Assembly (NCBI GenBank): GCA_965178125.1
Contig: OZ237757.1
Coordinates: 930,001-994,000, forward strand
Source: Bilabrum cf. latius
Taxonomy: Eukaryota
DNA length: 64,000 bases
Reading direction: 5' to 3'
Shown: positions 13,701 to 27,431 of the stretch, in pieces
Layout of the letters: every line of letters starts with the position of its first letter
Position numbering within the stretch: the stretch's first letter is position 1
Position numbers and translations under genes: made by a program
The notes under the pieces: model-generated
Seen by the model: the letters and a program-made list of their open reading frames with translations, nothing else
What the model was told of the DNA's origin: nothing
Databases searched by the model: none

Positions 13701-16700
13701 CGCCTCCACCTACTGGCAGGACCTGCATGCTGAGCGCGCGGGGCACCGCGGGTCTCTTGCGCCTGCGGTTTGCAGCCCCTAGAGACGACAGCGGCGTCCC
13801 GGGGGCAACCATGCCATTGGCATCCGCCGCTCGACCCCCAGCAGCAATGCCGATTCCCTCCGCTTCGCTCACAGAGCTATCTGCTGCAAGGCCATACGAC
13901 CCTCCCCCGCTCCTGCCCCCGTCACTCCCGCGATCCATGCCCCCTGCTTCTGCCTGGCTGTCCTCCGAGTCAGACCCGAAGTACTCCGAGCTCGCCACCG
14001 ACACGTCCCCGGAGAGCCAGCCACCAGTGGGCAGCGTCGGTCCCCTGGCCCTTCGCATGAAGGGGGCCGCCGCCCGCCGCTCCCCCAGAGCCACGAGAGC
14101 CCGCAGCTCCTTCACGTCCTCGTCCTCCTCGTCCTCGTCGCCCCCACCCGAGCCCCGTCCTCCCTTGCCTTTCCTGGCAACGTGCGCCAACACAGCGGCA
14201 GCCACCTCGGACCCAGCGGCCAGGGCTGGCTCCATGGCCACGGCCAGCGACGCGCGCACGACCTTGACGTCGGCTCGCACAGGCAGCGCGGACAGCTCCA
14301 GCACGCGCCGGAAGAGGCCGGCCACGTCCACGGCGGCGGGTAGAGCGGGTGCTGCCGCCACGAGCACCTCGGGGTCAGCCCCTTGCTCCCTGGAGGGCAC
14401 CACAACGGCCACTCGAGCGGGTGGAGGGGGTGCCCGCCCGCCACCGATTTCCACCGCGCCCGCAGACCGACTGCCGGCCAGCGCGGCAATGGCTGTGGCA
14501 GCCGAGGCCCGCACGTCTACCAGCCGCTGCCAGGCCCGCAGCAGCCTCGCGACAGCCCCCTCGTCCGATGGGTCAGGGAATTGCACGCTGGCCGGGCCCG
14601 TGTACCTCGTTTGCTTGCTGGGTGGCTCCCCGTCCTGGCGAGGCGACGCAAAGGCTCCATGGGCCGGTGAACCAGCCCCAGGCGTGAGCAGGCTGTCCAC
14701 TCGAGCCAGCCTCGGCCCAACCACGAGTCTGAACACGTACTCGGACAGCTGCCAGACGCTCTGTAAGCCGGCCTCTGCCGCAACGGGCTTGCCCAGCGCG
14801 GGTGCTGCCCCTGCCGCCGCCCTGCTCTGAGCCCCCGTCCAGCACCCGGCCTGGGCGGCGGTCAGTCCCGCCAGCTGCCGGGCCACCCGCGCGGCGAGTT
14901 CCTTGTCTCCGGGTGACCGCAGCAGCAGCTTGACGGGAGGTAGGTCGGCACCGTCCTCCAGCGCCTGCTGTCGCTGGCCCCCGTGCATGACCCGCCTCCT
15001 CTCCAGCAATGCGGGCAGCGACACGGCCGCATCCAGCGGGGGAAGCTGTCTGGGGAGGGGCCTAGTCCATGGCGAGCTGAAGGTGCTTGCATCACTGCTT
15101 TGCGATTGACCGTCGCGCGGGAGAGGCCCGTTGCTTGCCTGCACAGCCACGCCCGCGGCACCTAGCTGGCCCCCTGTGGGTCCACCGCCCCTCTCCCCAA
15201 CTGATAACGGCCGACGCACCCGTGGCTGCAGCAGCAATGAGGCCCCTCTGGTCCGCGGGGCGTCCGGCAGCTGCATCATTGGCTGCTCGAGCGGTGGTGC
15301 CGCCTGCGAAGCAGCTGGGCCGGCAGCCAGTGCTGCGGCCCTGGCTGCCCTGGACGATCGCAGCTGGGGGGATCCCGGCTGCGGGGGGGCGGCAGCGGGC
15401 GGGGCAGAGCTGCTGGTGGCCTCATTGCCGGGCGACTTTGCCTGGTTCTTTCCCTTTTCCTTATCATTGCCCTTCCCTTTCGTTGGTTTCAGGAACGAGG
15501 ACAGCGACCGCTTGACTCGAGAAGCCACCGATGAGACCCCTCCGCCCGCACTTGCACTGCCCCCGCCACTGGCAGATACTTGACCCACATCAATCGCTCC
15601 CCCAGCCCCAGTGGCGAGCCCCCCCAGCCCGGCCTCCCCCGAGGGCACATCCTCCTCCAGCCCCCACAGCGCCTCCAGACTCGGAGCCCTCCCCGCCCCG
15701 AGCCCTGCCGCGCCCTCTGCAGCCCCGGCGTCAATCGGCACGTCCATCGCCGCGAGGGGGACAGAGGCCACGCGCGGGCGGAGGCTCAGCGACAGGGCGA
15801 GGGGCGGGCACAGCTGCTGCGCCGGTCGCATGGCCGCCAGCTTCCTCTGCAGGTCCTTGCGCTGTTCCTCGGTGGCTGCTCCCCCCATGCTCTCGGCCAG
15901 CTGGGAGACCAGCTGCCGCTGCCTGCTCCGTGGCGCGCTGGGGCTGTTCCCATCGCCCCTGCCGCCGCCCCCTGTGGATCCCGTGCGCTGACCTATGCGG
16001 GTGCGCGGCCCACCACCACCACTGCCACCGCCACCGCTGCCACCCCCCCGGCCCCTGCCCCACTGTCCCCCGCAGAGCACCTCGCCCGCCTCAGGCAGCA
16101 GCGCCCTTCCGATCAGGTTCCGCATGACGCGCGGCACCACGGCTCGGATCATGGACCTCAGGATGGAGGAAGGCACGGACACTGCCGCATCGATCCGCTT
16201 GTGCAGCGCGTGCAGCTCGAACGCGAAGGCACGCTGCTGCCTGTGCCCGCGACGTGGAGTGCTCGACGCACTCGTCACACCGGATCCGCTCCTCCCCACG
16301 AGCTCCTCTGCCTCGGGCCAGGACAGACCGGTGTCTTCCCTGATCTGAAACTCCTCCCCGTCCGACTCGACCAGCCGCCAGTTGCCCGGGCCCCTGGGCT
16401 GGCCGTCCCTGTCCCTCCCCGACCGCTGGTACACTGCGCAGGCGCGCATGGTCACGTCCAGCTGCAGCTGCACCGATGCTGCGTGCATGGCGGGCAGAGA
16501 GGGTCCCCTGAGCTTGACCCCGCCCACCCGCATGGACAGCCGCACCCGCGAGGCCTCCAGCCGAACCTCGATGCCGGCGGGGCGGCTGTGCAGGAAGGGT
16601 TGCTGCTGGCCCTGGGTAGACTCGTCGTTGCTTGTTGATGGAATGGGGACACCCAGCCGCGTGGCTCCCTGTGCGATAGCGCCAGCTTCGTCACGCAGTA

Positions 16701-17496
16701 CCTCGCCTGCCTGCCAGTGTGCAGCCCCAGTGGCACTGCCACTGGCACGGCTCTGGCTCGAGGGACTGCCAGTGGAGGTAGCTGGGCTCAAGGGAGGCCG
16801 AGCACCGGCAACGGCGGGCGGGCGGGCGCCCGCTGTCGCTGCTGAAGCACGGGCTGTCCCTGCGCTGTCCCGGTGCGCGGGTCCTCTGAGGAAGAGCGGT
16901 CGCAGGGACACGTCGAGCTTGCCGTGCACGTGCTCCACCCAGAGCATCCTTGCTCCGATGAATGCGTTGCCACCGCCCACCGCGACCCGAAACCCTTTGA
17001 TCCGCGGCAGGAACTGTCTGCACCTATGTGCATCTATTGTTCGTCGTAGGCGGCCAAGGAGCGCCTCCGTGGAAGCGATCTATCTCCACAACCGACGCAT
17101 TGTGTTGTCGGCCGGATCCATCTCCCGCAGGCCGGCCGCGTCGCCCGGCACGTCCCCGTTCGCCGCACCTGCGTGAGCTTGCTCGCTTTCACGAATCTGT
17201 TTAAGCTATGACAATGCCTCTTCGCGGCGTTCCTACAGTCGCGAAATTGTCTGCTGCGCTTGCTAAACAAGCTTGATGTCGTCAACCCGTGACGAGCTCC
17301 TCCAATGATCTGCCGCCCTCTTCATACTAAAATCAATGTATTCTTCAATTGCCTTGATCTCCTTTCGGGCAGAGGCCAGCATTCGATTTTCAACACGTAC
17401 GATAGCCGCCCGAGAGCCCGGCCAACGCACCCGATCTAGTCGGCTAGCATACGGCCCAATGGACTGTTGACTTCCCTATGTGCTAGATTCTGCCAT
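10708..17496 (-). CDS. very large hypothetical low-complexity protein (~2260 aa)
   Basis: One frame runs from ATG 17496 to TGA 10708, interrupted only by TAGs. It joins track ORFs 12502, 11863, 11647, 11356, 10954 and 10708. Confidence 0.6.
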
Positions 17497-18210
17497 GCCG
17501 AAAACTCAACAGCGGTAAACACTCGGCAGTGTAGCCTGCGGGGAGGCGAGGAGCAGCCGCAGAGCAACTCGTGCCACAGTGGGATGCATCATGAGGTGGG
17601 TGGGTGAGGATCCGAGTGCGTTGCTGTGTGCCGCTGGTGGCATGGCACGATGGGCACCAGCAACCACAAGACACCGCATGGTGTTCTCAGCAAGATTGCC
17701 ATTGCCCTGGGTTTCGTTGGTGGCATCTAACCTGCCACTGCGGCACCAGACTTGCCAAGGGCAGGGGGGTTAGTGGCATGTGACGGGGCATTCGGGCCTC
17801 TGTGCTAGATCCATGGATTTTATCGAGAGCCTTCATGTACCCTCGCGCACTAGCTTTCACCGCTTCGGCATGCTAAGGCGACAAGATGGCCGCCGTGTCG
17901 CAGTGATGAACGTGCCTCCGCTGGCCCTCCGGCACTGGCAAGTGCGACGGGTAGCACAGCTGTGGTGGCTTGCGGCGCCCAATCCATGCTAATACGCTGC
18001 CTCTTACATTGATTTGCATGCGATCATGGTAAGAGAATGTCCATTCGAAGCAAAGTGATAGCAGCGTTGCAACGGACGGAACAGTGACCTACGCTTTCCG
18101 CGATTTTCCGTGCTCATTCATCGTATCGAGGCCAGTATGCCCACCATTAAATGCGCAAAGGTGTTGAAACGATTGAAAGGGTCGTATTTACTACCAATCA
18201 ATCCCATAGA

Positions 18211-18652
18211 TCAGCCAATAGCTGCAGCCACCGCCTTCTTGATCTCGGTGATACTCTCTTGCCGCCAAGATCCGTACTTTTGAAAGAGTCGTCGCTGGTC
18301 CTTTTCCCACAGCACATCGCCAGATGACTGATCAATAACCTTGACAACAATAGGGTAGTCGTCAAGCCGCTCGCTTTCGACGGAGCACTCTCGTCCCGCC
18401 TCTTCGCATGCCTTCTTTACCGCAGCTGCCGCCGTTCGGTATTCCTGCATCCCTCCATCGCAATTGTGGCTGCAAAAGCATGATATATTTGGGAAAATAT
18501 CAGTTGCTCCATGTGTGTGCTCAATTGAGCGCACAACAGCAATGCATAGGGTGACGGCGCCAACTGCAACTACAGCCACTTGCTCACCAGAACTTTATCT
18601 TGAAGGAAGCAGCGGACTTAGCCGATAGTGTCGAAGCTCCTTTAGCTGCCAT
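18211..18652 (-). CDS. small CxxC thioredoxin-fold (Rdx/SelW-like) protein, one intron
   Basis: Splicing TTC TG|gtgagc...ttgcag|C gives FKIKFCHNCDGG followed by a compact alpha/beta-like domain. Ends TGA. Confidence 0.45.
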
Positions 18653-19434
18653 GGTGCACTTGATGTTATTTCCCGATTGTGTAGGTGGTATTTGTGAGCA
18701 GTCACAGCCGGTCACTTCTTCATCGTCACAGTGTCCACGATCAGCTGACCTCGTGACGACCCTTGGCCAAACGCGCACATCCGAGGCAGAAAGCCAGTGC
18801 TTCCACAGCTTTTCTGCTACACCGGAGCCAGTTATGGTGGAGACGCCTGCCGAGCTACTCGGATCTTGTTGAACGCAGTACCACCGGTACCACCGGTTAT
18901 GCTAGCCCCACAAGTACTGGTAATTTTAGGCGAGTGGAACCAGTGGTACCACTGCACGAGCATGGCAGATCCGATTGCCGCGCGCTTGGGGGTGCTGCTA
19001 CCAGCTCACATCTGCTGCTAGCCGGGACGAGGCAGCCTCTCGCCAGGCCGGGAGCACAGCCGGCTGCTGGTGGTTGAGTCCCGGTGCCCCGCACTCATGC
19101 CCCCTTCTTTCCCACTTCCCTGATAAGAGAGACAGCCTCAAATCGGTCGATTTGGCCCAATATGTCCACCAGGCTGCAGACTCGGCTGCCGGTGCATGCC
19201 GTCGTGCGGTGCGCTGCTAGCTGTAACTGGCACGTGCTTGGGATTTACGATCGACTGGGCGTGGTGCTTCTCAGATGGCGGGTTCAGTGGTTTGGGATAG
19301 GAGTATCCGTGCTTTCGTAGCAACCCCTTACGGCCAAAGCGTCACTACTTGGGAGGTAAGGTGCACATACCGCATAACAATATAGTGTCGGTTGACGAGG
19401 CGGAATACCCGTACATCAGCATTATACCTTGGTC

Positions 19435-22008
19435 ATGATCTTGCTTGGCCCATGTGTGTTGTTCGCATCCCTGGCGCTAGCCTCGCTCCGATCCATGTCC
19501 CCGTCAAGCATTGCAGCAGAGACTGTTTGGAAAGATCCGAGCCAGCCGATCTCGTCGAGAGTCGATGCACTGCTAGGAGAGATGACCCTGGAAGAGAAGA
19601 TCACGCAGCTGTATATTGTGCACGTGCCAAATGAAACGTACATTTGGAATAATGCAACTTTGCTCGACAGCGGCATAGGGGCGCAGAAGCTCTCGCAGTT
19701 GCACAACACGGATTCACCGAGCTCCCTCGTCGCCGCCCGGAACGAGTACCAGGTGCGATTCATGAACCACTCTCGATTGCACATTCCCATGAGTTTCCAC
19801 ACGGAATCGCTCAGCTCGGCGGGTCCTGGCGGCACCTTCCCACCGATGGCAAACGCTCTCGGCTAGTCGTGGAACGCTTCCGTTGGCGTGGCCGTTGGGG
19901 CCGTGTTCGGCAAGGAGCTGCGCGCACTGGGCACAGACGTGGGATACTACGTGATTCAACCCGTGACCAAGCCTAGTTTCGGCCGCATCGAGGAGACATC
20001 GTCGGAGGACCCGAGACTGGCCGGCGAGTTCGCGGCGGCCCTGGCTCGGGGCATGCAGGGCGGCGGCATCGGGTCCAGCGAGCCGGTGCCCGCCCCTTCC
20101 ACGCTCTCCTACATGCCCTCGGACGGGGCGATCTTTGTGGCGAAGCATTTCCTCGGCTACGGCAACGAGGCCTACAACAGCGCGCCGGTCCACATGTCGG
20201 AGTACTACCTGCGCGACGCTTACCTGCCCGTGTGGAGGGGGGGCTTCTGGAGGGGCGGGGCCAGGGCGCTCATGTTCATGCATGCCTCGTGGAACGGGCT
20301 GTACGCCCACGCGTCCTCCGAGCTGGGCCAGGACATGCTCCGGTCCAGAGCCTCCGGGGCGCTCGGGTCGCAGGCCATGGGGGTAAGCGACTGCGCGTGC
20401 ATCCGGAATGCGTACAGGGACGGCATGGTCACCACGATGGAGTAGGCCGCGGTGCTGGGCCTGCGGGATGCCACCGTGGACCAGGAGCTGCAGTGCGGAG
20501 GGCCCGAGGCCTGGGTGTACCCGCTGCTGCCCGAGGCAGTGGCCCAGGGGCTCGTCTCCGAGGCAGTGGTGGACGACTCCGTGCGGCGAGTGCTCGCGTC
20601 CAAATTCGCCGCGGGTCTGTTCGAGTCTCCCTTCACGGATCCAGAGGCGTGGAAGACCCAGCTGCGGACTCCCGAGTCACTGCAGGTGGCGCTAGAGGCA
20701 TCCACCCAGTCCATCGTGCTGGCGGTCAACAGGAACAGCACCCTGCCCATGGACCTGAGCAGCATCCAGGGAACAGTGGCCGTGCTGGGGCCCAACGCCG
20801 CCTGTGGAACCAACGGTGTGTCCCCTCCTGAGGGCCTCTGCGACGCGATGGTGTCCATGCTGGGCAGGCTGTACGTGCAGCACGACGCATTCCCCATGCG
20901 CACCGTGCTGGACTCGCTCAACGCCAGCATCGCGGGGGCGGGCAAGGGGCCCTCCCTGCGCTTCGAGAGGGGTGCCGACATCCAGACCAGGGAGGTCAAC
21001 CCGACGCAGCTGCAGGCTGCCGTGACGGTCAGCAAGTCGGCCAGCGCCGTCTTCATGGTGCTGGGAGACGACGAGACCTCGTGCATCGAGGGCGGAGGGA
21101 CCCACTCGGGAGACAGGGATGACCTGGATCTGCCAGGCACGCAGATGCAGCTGCTCGAGGCCGTGGCGCAGGCGATCCCCGCGACCACCCCGCTGGTGGT
21201 GATGCTGGTCAACGGGCGCCCCGCGACCTTCGGGGCCGCGGGGGGCAACGCCGTGCTGCAGCGGGTGGACGCTCTCCTGGTCGGGGGCCGTGGGGGCGAG
21301 CGGGGGGCGGATGCCTTCGTGGACGTTCTTCAGGGGAACTCGGAGCCGTCTGGCCGCATGGCCCAGGCGTGGCCGCAGCGTGCCGCGGACCAGCTGGGTC
21401 CGAATTCAGGTCCTTGGTACCAGCCGAGAATGGCGGCGTATGGGAACTCGTCGATCCACCGGTGGGAGGTGCCCACCTGGTTCAAAGACCAGCCCTCGGA
21501 GGACATCCCGCTGTTCCCATTCGGGCACGGGTTGTCCTACACCCAGCTGGCCGTGTCGGCTGTGCACGCCGAGGCGCTGCCCGTGACCCCCGCGCCTTCG
21601 TCCTTCCCCGAGACGCAGCTGAACAGCACCATCCCCATGGGCAGCAAGGGGGTCGAGGTGCTCCCCGGGCAGGCGGTGGCCAGGGTCACGTGCACCATGT
21701 CCAACACCGGGAGCCGCAGGGGGGCCTTCGTGGTGCAGGTGTACGGACAGGACCCCAATGGGCTGGGGGTGGTGCGGTACTACGAGCGGCTTCTGGGCTT
21801 CCGGAAGGTCTGGGTGGAGGCGGGGGCTTCGGTCACGGCCACAGTGGACATCACCGCGGACGCACTCGTCATCACGGGGAGGCCTCAGGACGGGTATCCC
21901 TGGACCATCCCCGCGGGAACGTACCAGATCTTCGTGGGCGAGAGCTCCGACCCCAGGACCTGGAGCCCGAACGGCGGAGGGCCTGGCGTGGCACTCGTCA
22001 TCGAGTGA
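19435..22008 (+). CDS. secreted glycoside hydrolase family 3 (beta-glucosidase/xylosidase), 2 in-frame TAG
   Basis: Signal peptide, RVDALLGEMTLEEKITQL, FGRIEETSSEDP, KHFLGY, VSD nucleophile motif, GDRDDLDLPG, PLFPFGHGLSYT and an Fn3-like tail. TAGs at 19864 and 20443 join three in-frame ORFs. Confidence 0.9.
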
Positions 22009-22234
22009 CGTGCTCCACGTTTTGAGCTGTTTCTCTCAGTCTCTAGCAAGGATCGAGTCATCGCGACGAAGTGCTCCTTCAATAGATTCGGTGGAACTGT
22101 GTGCCTGAATTCTCGCTCGCTGTTCGTCTCGGGCCGTGCGACGGCATACCGAGGTGCTTCTTTCTCTGAACCATGCACATAATCATAACCACAAAACGCA
22201 CTCGCCAAACCGCAGCGTGGGCGACTACCACAGG

Positions 22235-25200
22235 TTAGACTCTCGGCGCTGTCGCCAGCTGCCTTGCGTTGTCCGCTCGCCTCCCCTCCAGGCTGTGCGC
22301 CCGCACCCTCCGGCCGTCCCCAGGCGCACCCGGCTGCGGCGGCCCCGTGTCCGCAATCCTTGCCCGGATGGCGACTCCCGCCGCCCTTGCCTCCACCGTG
22401 CGGTACACCCCCTCGATCACGCCGGAGGCAGACCCCCTGGAGGAGAGCATGCGAGCGCGACGCCTCCTGCTGCCGGGGCTTGATCTCCACGCGGGGCCGT
22501 GCGACCCTGCGCGCAGCCGGCCTCCCGCCGACCCCCCCGTCACTCTCACCCCCACTCCCACTCCCACTCCCCCCGACTCCCTGTATCGCCCGGACGAGGC
22601 AGCCGTGGAGGCCACGTCCAGCCCCCGCAGCCTGGTCCTGAGCTCCTCCAGAGCCGTGTCCCTGCTGTTCCCTGGGCCACGTCGGCCAGCCCTCGGCCCG
22701 CAGGGTGCCCCCGGGTCTAGGCAAGAGGGGCAGCAGGAGCGGCACACGCTCTCCCTGCACGCATCCGCCGCGGCTCTGGGGCAGCACGCGCCCTCGAAGA
22801 ACGAGTCCATGGCCAGCGCCCACAACATGGCGGCCATGCCCACCACCTGGATGGAGCCGTTCCCCACGCTGGGTGCGGGGGTGTAGGGGCTGACCGCAGC
22901 TGCCACCGCGAGTCCGAACGGGACAATATTCCAGATCATTCCGAATCGGATGGGCCCCGCCGTGTCCAGCAGCACCACGATCAGCAGCACTGCGATGGCC
23001 TGCCGCGAAGAAGCCGCCAGCTCTGTGGTCCACAGTCGGGCTGCGTGTTCCCCATGAGGCACCCTCAGGCCCCAGTCGAAGGACTCCGCCTCCATGCCGG
23101 CCAGCACACGGACCACCTCGCCGATGCAGCTGGCCAGCAGCAGCACGCCGCTGCCCATGCCCAGCATGGCCACTGCCTTTGGCACGTGAGAGGCAGCAGG
23201 CGCCCGCATGGACACGCCTTCTCTCCTGTCGTACGGATTGCTGAAGGACTGCCCGAACAGCAGGGCGCCCATGGCCGGCAGGATGGCAGCGGCGATGGAG
23301 AGCCCGGCTGCGCGCTCCAGGCTGCGTGGAGACCCCGGGCCGCTGCCTGCCTGTCCCAGCGGACCCAGCGCCGACTCCTGTCCCTGCTCGAGCCAGGAAC
23401 CAAACGCCCCCGCAGAGTCGGTGCCGTTCCCAGGCGGGTGCGGCGGGCTCGGGTGCTGGCCCGGGGACGGTACCTCCACGCCCAGCACCTGCAGCAGCAA
23501 GGTGCCCGATGCGACTAGGGCCAGCAGGAGAGGGCCCAGGGAGGACGACAGACTCAGCGTGTGGGTGTCCCCGCACAGCAGGACCTGTCCCACGAATGTG
23601 ACGAGAGGCTGAGTGGCGGCTGCCAGCGGATACACGGCGGCCATGTCGCTGGGCATGGCCTGGATGCCGATCATGCTCAGCAAAATAGGCCCGTGCACCA
23701 CCAGGAGCCCCACCAGCAGCCCCCGCAGCATGAAGGCACAGGGGCACGTCAGCCGAGTCTCCTGGTACACGGCCCGCCAGCACAGCTCGGGAGAGCACGC
23801 AGGCAAGCCGCACAAGCAGACGTCAGTCTCCTCCCGGATGGGGTCTCTGCCCGTGTCCACAGACCCAAAGGGTCGTCCGGAGAGTGACGAGTTCAGAGGA
23901 CTGGAGTCGATCGCGGCTGGCAGATACCCTCCTCCCGAAGCGGCCCAGGGTCCCGTGTCCCCCCTGCCCCTGCTCCTGCCCCTGCTCCTGCCCCTGCTCC
24001 TGCCCCTGCTCCTGCCCCTGCCCTGTCCCCCCGAGGAAGACCTCCCGACGAGGGGGGATACTTCTCCTTCCGCTGAGCCCCCGCTCGTGAATACCGTGGC
24101 ATTTCCAGGCACTCCGGGCAGGGGCTGCTCCATCAGACCCGCGCTCCGAATCCTCCTGGGCCCGTAGATGGCCACGAGCGGCAGCCGGGGCATATCCCTA
24201 AAACGCACCAGCCGGTGGTCTGGGGCGAGTGAGGACTCCGTGGCCAGCACCACGCACTAGTCACACGGCTAGCACCACGGCATGCGATCGCCGTGCTGCG
24301 TGGCCTTAATCCACGGGCTCTACATGTCCCGGGCAGAGGGCTGACCCCCTGTGAAGCGACGCGCGTCCAGGGCCCGCGCCACCTGGCCGTACGACTGCCC
24401 TCTCCCCGGGGCTGATGGGGGTGGGCGGCGGGTGCTTCCCGGGGGCATCGACGGGCGGCCACCTTCCGTCCCGCCACCCTCGAGCACCATGCGAAGCGCG
24501 TCATCCACGCCCCCTCCTGCAGGGCGCGCATTGTCCCCACCCCCCGAGTGCTCTGTCCCCGCCAGCGAGTCCCCCGCAAGCAGGGCGCTGGACGTGCTCG
24601 ACTCCCCGCCGCTGCCCAGGGAGCTGGGCGGCCCGCTCCACGCCGCCCCAGCCCTTCCGGCCCCTCCGCTGAGACCCACCACCGCACCCACGATCCTAGC
24701 CAGCCGGCTCGCGATGGCGCCCACGAGCTCTCCCGAGGGCACACTGAAGCACCGCAAAGGGTCCCAGCAAGGGGCAGGGGACTCCGAGGCTGCCAGCACC
24801 GCCAGCTCCAGCAGCCTCCCGTTGAGTCGCGGGGGTGGCTCCGAGACCCTGCGCCTGTCCCTGCCCTGCCCCCGGCGGCGGCCCCCGATGTCCACCCCAG
24901 CGCAGTAGTCCTCCTCCTCCCGCACCGCCTCTCGGGCCCGCCGCGCCGTCTCCTCGCCCAGCTGCACCACCCACAGCCAGTACCCCTGAAATCGGGTCAG
25001 CGTGCACCCCCGCACGCAGGCCGCGATCAGACACAGCTGCACCGCCGCCAGACCTGAGCGGATGCCCTGCAGCAGTGGCGGCGCAAACGCGTCCACAGCC
25101 AGCTCCGACAGGTCGTGCTGGCTGCCCGATCGCTCTGCTGTCCAGAAGTTGAGCGTGTGGTGGAACGACAGCACGACCATGGCCACCGCAGCGGACCACC

Positions 25201-27120
25201 AGGCCCCCCGTGACATGCCGGCGCAGTCGTACGGATTGCGCTGCTCTTCCGCGGCTGCCACCAGAGATGCGGCGGCCTGCCGATTGAGTGTCCCGCTGGT
25301 GCCAAGGCTGGACCCGCGGCCCCGAGTGCGTCTGCCAGCTGGATATGCACTCCCAAGGCCAGTGATGGTGCCATCGTGAGCTCTAACTGAGGGTCGGACA
25401 GCTGGGGGTGAGTGCGGCGGGGCCGGGGCAACAGGAGAGCGGCCTGCTGAGGTGGTATCCTGCGAGCGCCCCGGTCGTCCCTGCTGCTGCTCCGCTGCGC
25501 CCCACCCGTGCTGGGCCCCCATTTCGGCCATGGCCTGGGCATCATCCTAGTCGATCAGTCCATGGGGGCCCCCACCCGCACCTGGGACCCCCTCCTGCGC
25601 CCCTCCAGCCTTCTCTTCCCCACGGACAGCCGCGCGCGCTCCTCCGACCCGCATCCCCTCCTCGTCCAAGCTGTTCCCGCGGCCTGCCTCTTCCCCTTCA
25701 TCCTCCCCGACTCCGTCACCCTCCCCGTCATCCTCCTCCTCCTCGTCTTCCTCGTCTCCTTCCTCAAGGTCGCTCTCGTCCTCCCAGTCCTCCGTGCCGC
25801 CCTCGGCCAGGTCCGCAAGCAACGGCAGCCAGGCCTTCACTGCGGCGCGCTGGTCCGCCACAAACACGGCCGCTGCGACGGCAACAGCCACAAGTAGCCC
25901 CTCCCCCGCGGTGAGACAAGCCTTGAAGTCGTTCATGAACCGGGACACCCCCGAAGGCTCGTCGTAGCCCCCGCCGCCGCTGCCCGGCCCCAGCCCCTGG
26001 TCGTCGTCCATCCCCCCGACGCCCTCTACCCCTAGCACAGAGGTCACGATCCACAGAAGCTGCACCATCGCAAACACGAAAGTGGCCCAGGGAACAAGCC
26101 GCCTCCCGAAGTCGATCGAGGCCCGCTCCTCCCGCGTGAACCCGCAGCCCAGCCCGAACGCCAGTGCTACGAGGAGGCCCATGATCACCGACTGGGGAGC
26201 CATGAACATGGCAGTGCGGGCCCCAGGGCTCGAGTGGGGCACCCAGCACCATAGGAACGTGCCCGTGCTGTCGGGCCCAGCGTATCCGAACCCCACCACG
26301 CATGCGTACACGACCGCTGCTCCCCAAGCGATGCAGTGGTATGCCACGATGCGGGTGCGCGCGTTGAAGGCACAGAAGTCCATCGTGAGCTCCGACTCCC
26401 CCGCGCCATAGTCGTCCTCCACCAGAGGGAAGCCCGGGTCCATTCCGGTGGAGCAAATCGATTCAAAGGCTAGCAGCACGGGGCGGAGGCAGCTGCCTTC
26501 GGGGCAATCCAGGGGGGCGGGAGGCAGGGGCTCCGGGCCTGCAGCATCGGGAGCACCCATGGGATGACTGCTGCTGCTGCTGCTGCTCCTGCCTGCCCCA
26601 CCCGAGCTGTGTTTGGTAGGATGGGAAAGCGCAGCATCCCGCTCATCAGTGTGGCGCCCAATCTGTCTCCGGAGGAACCTGTTTCTCCTTCGGATGTCGC
26701 ACAGCCTGGCCAGCACCCCGTGCGCTGACAGGAGCGCCCACAGCGGAGCAGCGGTCCACCCAAGCTGCAGCAGCGATGCTTGCAGCCGACAACCGAATGA
26801 ATAATCTCCCACCGATATGTTGCGATGCAGCAAGATTCCCGACGCAACACAGAACATGGAAACTGATATAAAGAAGGCGTAATATGCTGCGACCGACTAA
26901 AGGGCCAGGAGACCGGCAAAGTACATGATAATTCAACCGGCACAGCAAGTTGGACTCGATCAATTTGCATGCCAGCTCACAGTCAACTCGGCCTAAGAAC
27001 AAGGTCTTTCTGTTCAGTACGATAGACACGGCCAGCAGAAATGAAGACGTTGCAGAGAGGACCGCCAATATCAGGACCACGGCCGGGATCCCAGCTGCGA
27101 AAAGGTAGATGTCCCAGTAG
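22235..27120 (-). CDS. cAMP-receptor-like GPCR with a long C-terminal multi-TM extension (5' exon structure unresolved)
   Basis: TM3-like CRLQASLLQLGWTAAPLW and ECL2-like GTFLWCWV. ORFs 25547, 24320 and 22235 share a frame joined by TAG and end TAA. A TM1-like segment sits in another frame at 27000-27120. Confidence 0.55.
23963..24022. repeat. 12 bp tandem repeat (CCCCTGCTCCTG) encoding RGRS repeats on the minus strand
   Basis: Directly visible, about 5 units. Confidence 0.8.
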
Positions 27121-27431
27121 TTTTCGCTAGCAGTACAGATGCAAGAAGCAAGTCAACGCCGCATGAGTCAGGCGGGTCTTGGCGTGCTAGACTAACGACT
27201 GAACTATGCTGCCACCGGCTACCATGGCTCTCCAGAGCCATCTAACTGGCCAAATACACTCATATGTTCCCCTTATCGCACCATAAGCGCTCTCGAGTGA
27301 GGTTAAATTCGGGTGTCGCTCGTTATCGCCCAATATACGAAGCCTCTTCATGGCTGGAACCTCACTCGTCATCACGACGCAGCCTGAGCGGAGGTCCACC
27401 GCCGGATTTCTCCCGCTGATTCAAAACTTCG

